Shown in pieces: positions 21,686-31,055 of a DNA stretch of 64,000 nt (position 1 is its first letter; every line of letters begins with the position of its first letter). This DNA is from an uncultured delta proteobacterium (GTDB lineage Bacteria > Myxococcota_A > Polyangia > Polyangiales > Polyangiaceae), in assembly GCA_963696385.1 (NCBI GenBank), contig CAVOKF010000008.1, positions 512,001 through 576,000 on the forward strand, written 5' to 3'. The translations under genes and the position numbers were made by a program. The notes beneath the pieces were generated by a model. That model saw only the letters and a list, made by a program, of their open reading frames with translations, did no database searches and was not told the DNA's origin.

Positions 21686-21804
21686 CGGATGGATTCAATA
21701 GCAATCGGCGCCGATGAAGGGGCAGAATGTGGTTCGAGGACCGGGCGCGTCGTACTCGGCACCGACGTTTGGGTGCGGACCCTGATACGGTAGCGGCGAC
21801 CGTC

Positions 21805-22830
21805 TTGCCTTCGCGATGGAAGATCGTTGCCTGTGGTTGGCTCGTGGCCCTGGGCGTCGCCCGCGTCGGCTTCGCATCGGACGCGACCACGCTCGCCAAG
21901 GAGCGTTCCGTCGAGGGCGCGCTGGCGCTCGAAAAACACGACTTCGAGGGCGCTCGACTGGCCTTTTTGCAGGCCCTGGCGATCGACGCACAGCCTCGGT
22001 ACTTGTGGAGCCTCGCGGTCGCCGAAGACAAGGGTGCGCACCCGCTCGAAGCTCTGGCCCACTTTCGCCAGTACTTGCAACGGCCCGGCGTCACCGAAGA
22101 GGACCGCCATAACGCCGCTCCGCTGATGGCCGACGCGTCCGCCCGAGTCGGCCACATCCGAGTCGATGCGGCCTCGGCCGCAACGGTGGTGCTCGACGGA
22201 GCGACGCCCGTGGGAACGGTCCCCCCGGCCAACGTCGTCGACGTCGCGCCCGGCCATCATACGTTGCACGCGCGACTGGGGGTCCAAAGCGCCTCGACCG
22301 ACATCGATGCGCACCCGGGCGAAACGGTCGTGTGGCAGCTGCAGTTCGAGCCGGCCAAGCAGGCGCCGGCGGCCCCGACGCCGATCGCCGCCGGTCCGCC
22401 GAGCGCGGCCCCGAGCTCCGACCTCGACCGGGCACTGGCGTTTCTGACGCCCAACGGCAAGCCGCTGCCGAGCGAGAAATGGGTCGTCTCCGCCAGCCTC
22501 GTCGCCGCGGGGCTCGTCAGTTTTGGGATCGTCGGCGCGTTCTCGGTGGCCGCCTCGAACCAGGACAACAAGTGGACGGACCTCAGCGCTCAGACGGGGG
22601 TGTGCCCGCAACCGCCGATGACCTCCGCGTGCATGAGCCTGAAGAACGCCGCCGACGCGCGCGCCACCGACCAGAACGTTGCGGTCGGCTTCATCGTCGG
22701 CGGTGCGACGTTGGTGACCGCCGGGATCGTGGCGCTCATCGCCTGGCCGAACCCGCACCCGTCCAGCGGGATGGTCACTCCGATGCTCACCCCGGGCGGC
22801 GGGGGAGCTCAGTGGGTCGGGCGGTTCTAA
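21805..22830 (+). CDS. Exported TPR/PEGA-like protein with C-terminal hydrophobic helices and terminal Phe
   Basis: Signal peptide from the inferred TTG 21805 (ORF open from 21727), TPR-like helices, VDVAPGHHTL beta domain, two hydrophobic segments, ends GGGGAQWVGRF. Confidence 0.75.
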   Translation: MPSRWKIVACGWLVALGVARVGFASDATTLAKERSVEGALALEKHDFEGARLAFLQALAIDAQPRYLWSLAVAEDKGAHPLEALAHFRQYLQRPGVTEEDRHNAAPLMADASARVGHIRVDAASAATVVLDGATPVGTVPPANVVDVAPGHHTLHARLGVQSASTDIDAHPGETVVWQLQFEPAKQAPAAPTPIAAGPPSAAPSSDLDRALAFLTPNGKPLPSEKWVVSASLVAAGLVSFGIVGAFSVAASNQDNKWTDLSAQTGVCPQPPMTSACMSLKNAADARATDQNVAVGFIVGGATLVTAGIVALIAWPNPHPSSGMVTPMLTPGGGGAQWVGRF

Positions 22831-22838
22831 AGGCGCCG

Positions 22839-23183
22839 ATGCCCAAGCGCAACGTGTCGATCCTCATCCTGGGGTCGGTTTCGCTGGGGGCGGCGGCCGC
22901 CGTCACGCCTTCGTGCAGTCAAGCCACGTGCGTCGATTACCACGATCCGAGCTGCTGGACGCCGCCGGACGCGGGCGACGCCGCGACCGAGGACCTCGAC
23001 AGGGCCGAGCCGGATGCCGGCGATGCGATGCCCGGCGAACCCGACGCGGGCGAAGCGGGCAGGACCGGGGCCGACGCCGGCGATGCCGACACGGGCTCCC
23101 AGGACGCGCCTGCGCCGGAGGCCGGCGAAGCGGGCGAGGCCGACGGCGCGGGAGCGGACGCCGGCGACGCCGGCAGGGGCTAG
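22839..23183 (+). CDS. Small lipoprotein with acidic DAG/EAG repeats
   Basis: MPKRNVSILILGSVSLGAAAAVTPSC, a Cys pair, then repeated DAGD/EAGE. Confidence 0.7.
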   Translation: MPKRNVSILILGSVSLGAAAAVTPSCSQATCVDYHDPSCWTPPDAGDAATEDLDRAEPDAGDAMPGEPDAGEAGRTGADAGDADTGSQDAPAPEAGEAGEADGAGADAGDAGRG

Positions 23184-23301
23184 CGCCGACGCCCCCCAAG
23201 CCCGGAACACCGGCGACACCCGAAGCGCCGCACGGGGACGGCAAGGCGGACGCTTGTCGGCCGCACGCCGAGAACCGCAACGGCCGCGCCCGCCGATCGC
23301 G

Positions 23302-24861
23302 CTAGCGCCCCGCCCCTTGGACCCGTTGGCGAATGGCTTCGAAGCGCACGCGCAGCCGGTCGTCCGCTTCGAGGTCCTCGATGGGCCGGGGCAGACGGAA
23401 GGTCCAGTTGTGCTCGCCGACCGTGCCGGGCGTGTTGATGCGGTCGCGCATGCCCAAAAGCTCCTGGACCAGGACGAGCGCGAGGTCCGAGCTCGCGCGG
23501 TACAGATCCGCGAGCAGCGCGAGCGATCGACGATCGGGGTCGTCGTCGGGCTGAACGCCCGCTCGCTCGGCGATCGCGGCCCGATCGCGGTCCGAAAATT
23601 CGTCCCACCACGCGTCGATCGGAGCGGTGTCGTGCGTGCTCCAGGAGGCGACGCTCGCGGTGGGAAATCCCGCCGGATCCCGAAACCGCGTCCCGTCCTT
23701 TTCCCACGGCAAGACGCGGTACCCGGGCATCTCGAGCTGCCGCAGCGATTCCCGAACGAACGGAGGAATGACGCCCAGATCCTCGGCGATGACGCGCGGG
23801 GCATCGGCACCGCCCGTGTCCTTGGCGACTTCGTCGAGCATGGCACGCAGGACGCGAAGCCCCCGGGCCTTCTGCGCTTCGTCCTTGTCGGGATCGAAGT
23901 GGCCCCGCTGGCGCGCTTCTTTGCCGCGCACCCATTGCCGGTAATAGCCGACGATGTGGTCGAGACGGAACCGATCGTAGAGCCGAGCGGCCCGCCGGGA
24001 TCGATCGCGAATCCACGCGAGGTCGTCGGTATCCATGGCGGTCCAGTCGTACGGCGGCAGGCCCCAATCCTGACCGTCGGCGGAGAACTCGTCGGGCGGC
24101 GCGCCGAGCGACAGCTGCATTTGAAATTGCGACGCGTGCGACCAGACGTCGGCGCTCTCGGTGCCCACGACGAAAGGCACGTCGCCCATCAGTTCGACCC
24201 CGATCGCGCGCATCTGCGCCCGGGCCCGCTCCCATTGCCCTTGCAGGGTCCACTGCACGTACGCGACCTCGAGCAGGCGGCGACCGCGAATCGCGCGCGC
24301 CTCATCGAGAGCCCGCGGCGCCCGGTCGCGCTCGGCCGCCGGCCAAGTGGACCAACCCCAACCGTCGTGCGACTCGCGCAACGCCGAGTACAGGGCCAGA
24401 TCGTCGAGCCACGATCGCTCGTCCTGCATGAACGCCGCAAGCGCCTTGGCTCGAGGCGTCGTCCGCGACCACTCCCGCTCGTGGAAGCGATCGAACGCCA
24501 CGCCCAGCAGCTGGGTCTTGAGCGCGCGCACCGAGGCGTAGTCGACCCGCTCGGCGGCGCGCGCGGCGTCGCGGGCTCGCCTTCCGGCCTCGCCGAGCGC
24601 CTGATCGATCGAGCTTGCGTCGAGATCCTCGACCGCGTCGACGTCGACGTAGATGGCGTCCAATCCGAACGCCGTCAGCGCGCCGTAAGGGCTCGTCTCA
24701 CCGGCCGACAGCTCAAACGCCGGCAGAACCTGGATCAGCCGGTGACCGGCGCGCTCGATCCAGGCCGCACAGGCGGGCAAGTCGGTGATCTGGCCGATTC
24801 CCCAGTCGCGACGCGTCCGGATGGAAAAGAGAGGGAGCACGACGCCCGCTTGACGACGCAT
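23302..24861 (-). CDS. malQ: 4-alpha-glucanotransferase (GH77)
   Basis: AGVVLPLFS, WGIG, SPY, LMGDVP, GAPPDEF, GQDWGLP, RLDHIVG, IAEDLG, STHDT, RINTPGT...NW. Confidence 0.95.
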   Translation of the reverse strand: MRRQAGVVLPLFSIRTRRDWGIGQITDLPACAAWIERAGHRLIQVLPAFELSAGETSPYGALTAFGLDAIYVDVDAVEDLDASSIDQALGEAGRRARDAARAAERVDYASVRALKTQLLGVAFDRFHEREWSRTTPRAKALAAFMQDERSWLDDLALYSALRESHDGWGWSTWPAAERDRAPRALDEARAIRGRRLLEVAYVQWTLQGQWERARAQMRAIGVELMGDVPFVVGTESADVWSHASQFQMQLSLGAPPDEFSADGQDWGLPPYDWTAMDTDDLAWIRDRSRRAARLYDRFRLDHIVGYYRQWVRGKEARQRGHFDPDKDEAQKARGLRVLRAMLDEVAKDTGGADAPRVIAEDLGVIPPFVRESLRQLEMPGYRVLPWEKDGTRFRDPAGFPTASVASWSTHDTAPIDAWWDEFSDRDRAAIAERAGVQPDDDPDRRSLALLADLYRASSDLALVLVQELLGMRDRINTPGTVGEHNWTFRLPRPIEDLEADDRLRVRFEAIRQRVQGAGR

Positions 24862-24885
24862 GGTTCGCCAGGGACCGTAACCGAA

Positions 24886-25650
24886 GTGGACCGCTCACGC
24901 GCCCCCTCCCTGATGCTTTTCGCGGCGCTGAGCGCGTCGCTGCACCTGGCCGGGGTCGGTGGCCTTTGGCGCGTGGCGAGGGATCCAGGCCCCGCCTTCG
25001 ACCCGGATTCGCCCGCACTGGCGGGCGACACGATCGACGTCGAACCTGCGCCCCCGCCGGCGCCCGATCCGGAGCAAGGCCCGGGCGACATCGGATCGCC
25101 CGGGCCGAGCGCGGATCGAAACGAAATGGACCGATCGGTTCGGTCCGCGAGACGGCACGCGACCGGGATCGCGCCGGGAACAGCCACCAGCCCCGCGGCC
25201 CTCTTCGGCGCGGTCGGGGCTCGCTTCGCGATGGATCTGGCGACGGGGCTGACGCGTGCCTTTCCCCAGGCGGCCAGCGCCAATCCCATCTGGCTTCGGG
25301 CTCCCATCGGGTCGGCCGGATCGGCCGAAGTCGTTCTGGGGCTCGACGAGGACGGTCGCCTCAGCACGGTGTCGGTCCTCGGCGCACCCTCGCCGGCACT
25401 ACGCCGCGGCCTGCAGCGCGCCCTCGCGCTGCTGCAACCCCGTCCGTTCACAGCGCACGCGCCGGTCACCAAGCTTCGCGTCACCGCTCGCGTCTCGCGC
25501 GACGAATTGCATGACGGTCTGCACGGCGACGTGTTCGCGCTGAGCGGAGGAAGCTTCGCCGGCGACGTGGGAACGGCTTTCTTCGCGCTTCCCCCGCGCG
25601 ACGGAGAGTCGGGGCGACGCGTCGACATCGAGCTGCGGCTGCTGCCGTAA
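24886..25650 (+). CDS. Membrane-anchored hypothetical protein with Pro-rich linker and TonB-C-terminal-like domain
   Basis: SASLHL TonB-like anchor, Pro-rich linker, AEVVLGLDEDGRL motif. Start is GTG 24886 or ATG 24913. Confidence 0.6.
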   Translation: MDRSRAPSLMLFAALSASLHLAGVGGLWRVARDPGPAFDPDSPALAGDTIDVEPAPPPAPDPEQGPGDIGSPGPSADRNEMDRSVRSARRHATGIAPGTATSPAALFGAVGARFAMDLATGLTRAFPQAASANPIWLRAPIGSAGSAEVVLGLDEDGRLSTVSVLGAPSPALRRGLQRALALLQPRPFTAHAPVTKLRVTARVSRDELHDGLHGDVFALSGGSFAGDVGTAFFALPPRDGESGRRVDIELRLLP

Positions 25651-25663
25651 CAAACGCCGACGA

Positions 25664-25760
25664 TCGACCTCGACCTCGACGGTCGACCTCGACCCCGACC
25701 CCGACCTCGACCTCGACGGTCGACCTCGACCCCGACCTTGACCCCGACCCAACCTCGACC
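25664..25760. repeat. Intergenic hexamer repeat (GACCTC/GACCCC) between convergent genes
   Basis: Reverse complement of the 14 kb repeat; includes a higher-order duplication of cgacctcgacctcgacggtcgacctcgaccccgacc. Confidence 0.9.
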
Positions 25761-25762
25761 TG

Positions 25763-26584
25763 TCAGGGCAGGTCGTCGGGCGGTGGCAGCGTGCCTCCCG
25801 ATCGCACGTAGTCCACGACGGCGCCGACCAGAGCGTCGTCCGCCTTCTCGCACGCAGCCGAAACGTCGCCGCTCATGGCGCCCTTGCATTCTTTGCCCCG
25901 CTTGGCGCGCGCGCGTTTGACCGTCGGGCTCGCGTCCAGCAACGCGTCCTGCGTTCGGGTGGCGATTCGATGCCACTGCACACGCGCGGTCCGCGGCCGG
26001 CCGGGTCGGGTCCGAGTGACCATTTCGGCCTCAACCGCCATGGAACAGGTGCCGTCCCAACGAAGCAAATCGTAGCTGCCCTTGCCGCTGCCGACGACGA
26101 TTCCGCCTTTGGGGGTGCCGTGAAAGCGCAGCAGCAGCACCTCCTCGTCGAGGGTCAATTCGTCGAGGCGGCCGCGCACGTAGCCGCGGGTAAACGGCGT
26201 CGATCGGTCGAACAGGGCGAGCGCCGTGTCCTGATGAGGCTTGGCGCACAGCCGGTCGACGAAGCTGCTCGGAGGCATGCAGGCGATGGCCGTCGCGTCG
26301 GCGCACGCGGTCGGCAACCCCGAGGGCGCGTCGGAAGGCGTGTCGGGAGCCTCGGTGGGTGTGGATGTGCCGGCAGAAACGGCGGATTGCACGGGGGCCT
26401 CGGCCGGCGCGGCAGCCGGCGCATCGGAAGCCGACGACGCGGAAGGCGTCGCGGAGCCGCACGCCATCGTGACCAGTGCGACCCAAGAGCCCGTGGCGAA
26501 CACGACCGGAGACGTTGACGAACGCACGGCCGCGCACGTTACTACGGAGCGAGGCCCTTGTGCCCGGGCCGGATCGTCGGTCAT
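25763..26584 (-). CDS. Cys-containing hypothetical lipoprotein
   Basis: Lipobox-like VTMAC, low-complexity linker, globular part with paired Cys (CKGA...CEKA). Start uncertain. Confidence 0.7.
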   Translation of the reverse strand: MTDDPARAQGPRSVVTCAAVRSSTSPVVFATGSWVALVTMACGSATPSASSASDAPAAAPAEAPVQSAVSAGTSTPTEAPDTPSDAPSGLPTACADATAIACMPPSSFVDRLCAKPHQDTALALFDRSTPFTRGYVRGRLDELTLDEEVLLLRFHGTPKGGIVVGSGKGSYDLLRWDGTCSMAVEAEMVTRTRPGRPRTARVQWHRIATRTQDALLDASPTVKRARAKRGKECKGAMSGDVSAACEKADDALVGAVVDYVRSGGTLPPPDDLP

Positions 26585-26598
26585 TGTCGGGGTCCACC

Positions 26599-27228
26599 AT
26601 GCACCGAACCAAGACCGAACAGGCCCTCGCGGACCAGGAGATGGCGCACGCGGACGACCCGGAGCGGGCCGAGCTGCTGCGCCGCGCACGGCATTTCAAG
26701 GCGAGCTGGATCGAACTCGGCGAGGCGCTCGTCGCGCTCAAACGAAACGGCCGCTGGAAGGGCTGGGGCTACGATTCGCTCGACGCGTATGCCAAGGCGG
26801 AGCTTCGGTTGCGCCACGACACGGTCGACAAGCTCACCGGGTCGTACGCGTTCTTGCAACGGCGCGCGCCGAGTGTGCTCGGCCGCGACGCGCTGAGCGA
26901 GCCGGTCCCGAGTTATCAAGCCGTCGATTTTCTGCGTCGGGCCGAGGCGAGCGAGGACGCGCCCAGGGAAGCGGTCGAGGAGATCCGCCGCCGGGTTCTC
27001 GACGACGCGGCTCCGGCAGCGACCATCGCGCGCGCCTACAACGACGTGGTGTTTCCGATCGACGAACGGGAGCGCCGGACGCGCGAAGCCGCAGGAATCA
27101 AAAACGTCGCGAAACGACTGCGTGAGCTGCTGTCGGAGACCCGCTCCGTACCGCGCAAGCTGGCAAGCGACGTCCAAACCGCCCTCGACCGGCTTCTCGA
27201 AGCGGTCGATGCCCAAGAGGCGGCGTGA
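26599..27228 (+). CDS. Helical hypothetical protein, possibly DNA-binding
   Basis: Protein-like composition; SWIELGEAL...WGYDSLDAYAKAELRL motif; 4 nt from the next gene. Confidence 0.75.
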   Translation: MHRTKTEQALADQEMAHADDPERAELLRRARHFKASWIELGEALVALKRNGRWKGWGYDSLDAYAKAELRLRHDTVDKLTGSYAFLQRRAPSVLGRDALSEPVPSYQAVDFLRRAEASEDAPREAVEEIRRRVLDDAAPAATIARAYNDVVFPIDERERRTREAAGIKNVAKRLRELLSETRSVPRKLASDVQTALDRLLEAVDAQEAA

Positions 27229-27232
27229 GGCG

Positions 27233-27832
27233 ATGAAGCCGCCTCGCGCGCCCTCTGCAGCCACGATTCTCAGGGGCCCGCGACGCGAGGCACCGACCCG
27301 GGACGCGGAGGCCGATCCTGTGCGGTACCATGTGACCCTCGACGCTCGGCCCGGCGCCGATCCGATCGACGTCGACGTGATCGACAAGCCCGACGGGACG
27401 ATGCGCGTCACGGTCGGGGGTCGGCCCGTAGAGGTCGACGCGGTGCCGATCGGGGGACATCTGAGCGTGCTCGTCGACGGTCGCGTGGTCGAGTTGACTC
27501 TCGACGGCAAGCCTCCCGACTGCCGCGCGGTGGCCAACGGCCACCGGTCGAAGGTCCGGGTCGAGAGCGAACGTGCACGATCCGTTTCGAAGGCTGTGAC
27601 ACCGCCATCGGCGCCGGGGGCGCCGGTCGTTCGAAGCCCCATGCCGGGCCGCATCGTTCGCGTCCTGGTGGCCAAGGGAGCGACCGTCCGGCACGGCCAG
27701 GGGTTGGTCGTCGTCGAGGCGATGAAGATGGAAAACGAGGTGCGTGCATCCGCCGCCGGCGTCGTCATCGAAGTCCACGTCACAGCCGGCGATGCGGTCG
27801 AAGCGAGCGCAAAGCTCGTGACGCTTGGCTGA
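27233..27832 (+). CDS. Biotin carboxyl carrier (biotinyl-domain) protein
   Basis: SPMPGRIV...VEAMKMENE biotinylation motif. Confidence 0.92.
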   Translation: MKPPRAPSAATILRGPRREAPTRDAEADPVRYHVTLDARPGADPIDVDVIDKPDGTMRVTVGGRPVEVDAVPIGGHLSVLVDGRVVELTLDGKPPDCRAVANGHRSKVRVESERARSVSKAVTPPSAPGAPVVRSPMPGRIVRVLVAKGATVRHGQGLVVVEAMKMENEVRASAAGVVIEVHVTAGDAVEASAKLVTLG

Positions 27833-27849
27833 GGTATAAGCGGGCCGCC

Positions 27850-28855
27850 ATGAGCGAACTGCCGCGCGTTTCGCTGGTCCATGGGCCGACGCCGATCGTC
27901 AAGCGCCGGTCGCTCGACGCCTGGCTCGGGGTGGATCTCTGGATCAAGCGCGACGACGCCTCGGGCGGCGCCGAGGCGGGCAACAAAGTCCGCAAACTCG
28001 AATGGCTTCTGGCCGACGCCCTCGCCCGAGAGGCCGACACAGTCGTCACGTGCGGGGGTCTGCAATCGAACCATGCGCGAGCGACAGCACTCGCTTGCGC
28101 CGGCCTCGGCCTGCAGTGCTCTCTGATCCTTCGCGTTACGGACCCGCTGCAGCCGTTGCCGCACACCGGCAACGTTCTCATCGACCGGCTGGCCGGCGCC
28201 GACGTTCGCCTCGTGTCTCCGGCCGAATACGCACAAAGGCACGCCGTCATGGAAGAAGTCGCCGCCGAGATCCGGGACCGGGGGCGGCGGCCCTACGTGA
28301 TCCCCGAAGGAGGGTCCAACGGCCTGGGCTCGCTCGGGTATGTCGAGTGCATGCGCGAGACGGCCCATCAAATGCGGCTGGGCTTGGCCGGGCGCGACGC
28401 GGCATTCGACGTCGTCGTCCACGCATGCGGATCGGGCGGAACCGCCGCGGGCCTTGCCCTGGGGGCCGCTCGCTTCGGTGTCGCAGCCGGCGTGCGGGCG
28501 ATGGCCGTCTGCAACGATTCGAGCGTATTTCGATGCCGAGATCACCCGCATCCTGCGCGAGGCCCGGGCGTGGGATCCGAGCCTGGTCGATCCCGCCCCG
28601 GTCGTGGTCGACGAAGCGGGCCGCGGACCCGCCTACGGCGTCAGCACGGCCGAGCAGCGCGACGTCATCCGCCGCGTCGCCCGATCCGCGGGCCTGGTGC
28701 TCGATCCGGTGTACACGGGCAAGGCCATGCACGGACTGCAGGTCGCGGTGCAAATGGGCGACATCGCGGTGGGGTCCCGGGTGCTGTTCGTGCACACCGG
28801 TGGACTACCCGGTCTTCTCGCGCAGGGGGTCGACTTTGCGGGCGATCCGCCATGA
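27850..28855 (+). pseudogene. D-cysteine desulfhydrase/ACC deaminase family PLP enzyme split by a +1 frameshift at about 28518
   Basis: PTP, IKRDD, GNKVRKLE, QSNHARA, PEGGSN, GSGGTAAGL in frame 1; LDPVYTGKAM and FVHTGG in frame 2. Removing one T gives 334 aa. Confidence 0.88.
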
Positions 28856-29505
28856 GCCCGCTACCCGATGCGGTGCACCGCCGCCGAACCCTGGCCGAAG
28901 ACGCGCTCAACATTCCGAATCTCTTGACGATGGCGCGCATCGCCGCCATCCCCTTTTTCGTCTGGTTGCTCGACGTTCCGACGCCCGTCCGCGGGTTCTG
29001 GGCATGCATCGTGTTCACGCTCGCGGCCCTGACCGACATCCTCGACGGATACCTCGCCCGCAAGCTCGGCGTGGTGAGCGTGCTCGGAAAGTTTCTCGAC
29101 CCGCTCGCCGACAAGCTCATCGTCATGGCGGCGCTCGTCTGGCTGGTCCCGATGGGCCGAATCGCGGCCTGGGTCGTCGTGCTTTTGCTCGCGCGCGAGA
29201 TCAGCATCACGGGGCTGCGCAGCGTCGCGGCGAGCGAGGGCGTCATCATCAGCGCGGGTCAGGAGGGCAAGACCAAGACCGCGCTGCAAATGATCGGGAT
29301 CGTGGCCTTGCTGCTCGGCTACCCGTACCACATGGCCTACTTGGGGATTGATTTCGGAGTGGTCGACATGGTGCACGTCGGACGATCGCTCGTGTACCTG
29401 TCGCTGCTGTTCTCCTTCGCAAGCGCGGCGCAGTACGCCCGACTGTTCACGGCGGCCGTGGACGCGAAGGAGCGCAAGCAAACGGCCCAAGACTCGACGC
29501 GATAA
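28852..29505 (+). CDS. pgsA: CDP-diacylglycerol--glycerol-3-phosphate 3-phosphatidyltransferase
   Basis: NIPNLLTMARI, TDILDGYLARK...GKFLDPLADK, GKTKTALQM; ATGA overlap with the previous gene. Confidence 0.95.
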   Translation: MSPLPDAVHRRRTLAEDALNIPNLLTMARIAAIPFFVWLLDVPTPVRGFWACIVFTLAALTDILDGYLARKLGVVSVLGKFLDPLADKLIVMAALVWLVPMGRIAAWVVVLLLAREISITGLRSVAASEGVIISAGQEGKTKTALQMIGIVALLLGYPYHMAYLGIDFGVVDMVHVGRSLVYLSLLFSFASAAQYARLFTAAVDAKERKQTAQDSTR

Positions 29506-29557
29506 GCACGGCGCTAGCATTTCGACTCGTTTTCTGGGAACTTCCGCCGCGAAACCG

Positions 29558-30076
29558 ATGCACTTTTCAAGACACGCACTTCTAGTCGTTTGCATCGCCA
29601 CCCTGGCTCCACTGGGCGGCTGCGCCGGACAGGGCGAAGGCGAGGTCTGCAGCCCGCTTGCCGGCAACGGCGGAAACAACGACTGCCGTTACCCCTACAT
29701 TTGCACCAATGCCGCCGAACTCGCTCCCGGCACGAACGGAGATCGTTGCTGCCCGGCCGACCGCACGGGCGCCTCCGGCGTGTGCGCCCAAAGCCAGGCC
29801 GGGGTCGTCGCCGATTCGTCGGCGCCGGTGAGCTCGGACGACGCCGAGACCGACGCAGCGATCGATGCGGCATCCGATGGCCCGACCGACGGCGCCGCGA
29901 CCGACGCCGCATCCGATAGCCCGACCGACGCCGCATCCGATAGCCCGACCGACGCGGCATCCGATGGCCCGACCGACGGCGCCGCGACCGACGCCGCGGA
30001 CGGCAATGCAGGCAACACGGGCGGCGATGCGGGCGACGGGGCCATCGACGCGACCGGCGACGGCGCCACGGAGTAG
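29558..30076 (+). CDS. Cys-rich lipoprotein with TDAASD repeats
   Basis: Lipobox LGGC, six-Cys module, acidic repeat tail. Confidence 0.75.
   Translation: MHFSRHALLVVCIATLAPLGGCAGQGEGEVCSPLAGNGGNNDCRYPYICTNAAELAPGTNGDRCCPADRTGASGVCAQSQAGVVADSSAPVSSDDAETDAAIDAASDGPTDGAATDAASDSPTDAASDSPTDAASDGPTDGAATDAADGNAGNTGGDAGDGAIDATGDGATE
29862..30003 (+). repeat. Coding tandem repeats (DAASDSPT / DAASDGPTDGAAT)
   Basis: Repeated ccgacgccgcatccgatagccc and ccgatggcccgaccgacggcgccgcga units. Confidence 0.8.
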
Positions 30077-30082
30077 CCGACC

Positions 30083-30340
30083 GTGCCCATCGCGACGCTG
30101 GTGCACGACACGCAGTGGGCCTTGTGGCTCGTGGTCGCGCTGTCGCTTCCCGTCCTGGGCGTGGCGGCGCTCGTCGGGTTCGTCGTGGCGGCGTTTCAAG
30201 CGGCGTCGCAGATTCAGGATCCGACCCTTTCTCACTTGCCTCGCTTGATCGTCGTGGTCGCCGCCCTGGCCCTCGTCGGCCCCTGGATGGGCCATACCAT
30301 CGGGGAGTTCGCCGAGCACATGTTCGCCGCGCCGCACTGA
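30083..30340 (+). CDS. FliQ/SctS (EscS/YscS) family export-gate small subunit
   Basis: 85 aa, two TM helices, ALWLVVALSLPVL...FQAASQIQDPTLSHLPRL...GPWM. Confidence 0.85.
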   Translation: MPIATLVHDTQWALWLVVALSLPVLGVAALVGFVVAAFQAASQIQDPTLSHLPRLIVVVAALALVGPWMGHTIGEFAEHMFAAPH

Positions 30341-30395
30341 TCGGCTTGCGCGCCGCGCGTTGACCGGCCAGTGGGCCTCTGCTTAGCTCGACACG

Positions 30396-31055
30396 GTGAG
30401 TGAGGCCTCACTCAAGTCGCGCGACCCGCGGCGGCGCGCCGCCGATCGCGGCGTGCGCGGCAAGGACAAGCGCGAGCGCATTCTGGATGCGGCGGTGCGG
30501 GTGTTCGCCCGCAACGGATTCCATGCGACGCGCGTGAGCGAGATCGCCAAGGCTGCGGGGGTCGCCGACGGAACGATCTATCTCTACTTCAAATCGAAAG
30601 AGGCGCTGCTCGTCTCGCTCTTCGAGGACCGTATCGGGCGGCTTCTCGCATTCCTGAATGCGGAGCTGTCACGCACCGCCAGCGCATCGAGCAAACTCCG
30701 ACGCGTGATCGAGATCCAACTGGGCATCCTCGAAGGCGAGCGCGACCTCGCCGAGGTCCTGACCGTCATCTCGCGGCAGTCGACCAAGCTGATGAAGCAG
30801 TATGGAGCACGCAAGTTCGTCGCGTACCTGGACGTCATCGCGCGAATCGTCGCCGAGGGTCAAGCGACCGGTGAGCTGCGCAAGGACATCCCTCCGCACC
30901 TTGCGGCCCGTGCGATCTTCGGTGCCCTCGACGGCATCGCCCTCACGTGGGCGCTCGGCAAGGCCGATCGCGGCGGACTGTTGTGGGCATCCAGCCAGTT
31001 GGCCGAAATCGTACTCCGGGGCCTGCAGCCGGCCCGCGCGCCGGACGGCCCATGA
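30396..31055 (+). CDS. TetR family transcriptional regulator
   Basis: RERILDAAVRVFARNGF...IAKAAGVADGTIYLYFKSKE. Confidence 0.95.
   Translation: MSEASLKSRDPRRRAADRGVRGKDKRERILDAAVRVFARNGFHATRVSEIAKAAGVADGTIYLYFKSKEALLVSLFEDRIGRLLAFLNAELSRTASASSKLRRVIEIQLGILEGERDLAEVLTVISRQSTKLMKQYGARKFVAYLDVIARIVAEGQATGELRKDIPPHLAARAIFGALDGIALTWALGKADRGGLLWASSQLAEIVLRGLQPARAPDGP

Noticed and set aside
27850..29505. Apparent 551-aa D-cysteine desulfhydrase-PgsA fusion in the ORF track
   Set aside because: It results from the +1 frameshift at about 28518. The desulfhydrase C-terminus is in another frame ending at 28855, and pgsA has its own ATG at 28852.
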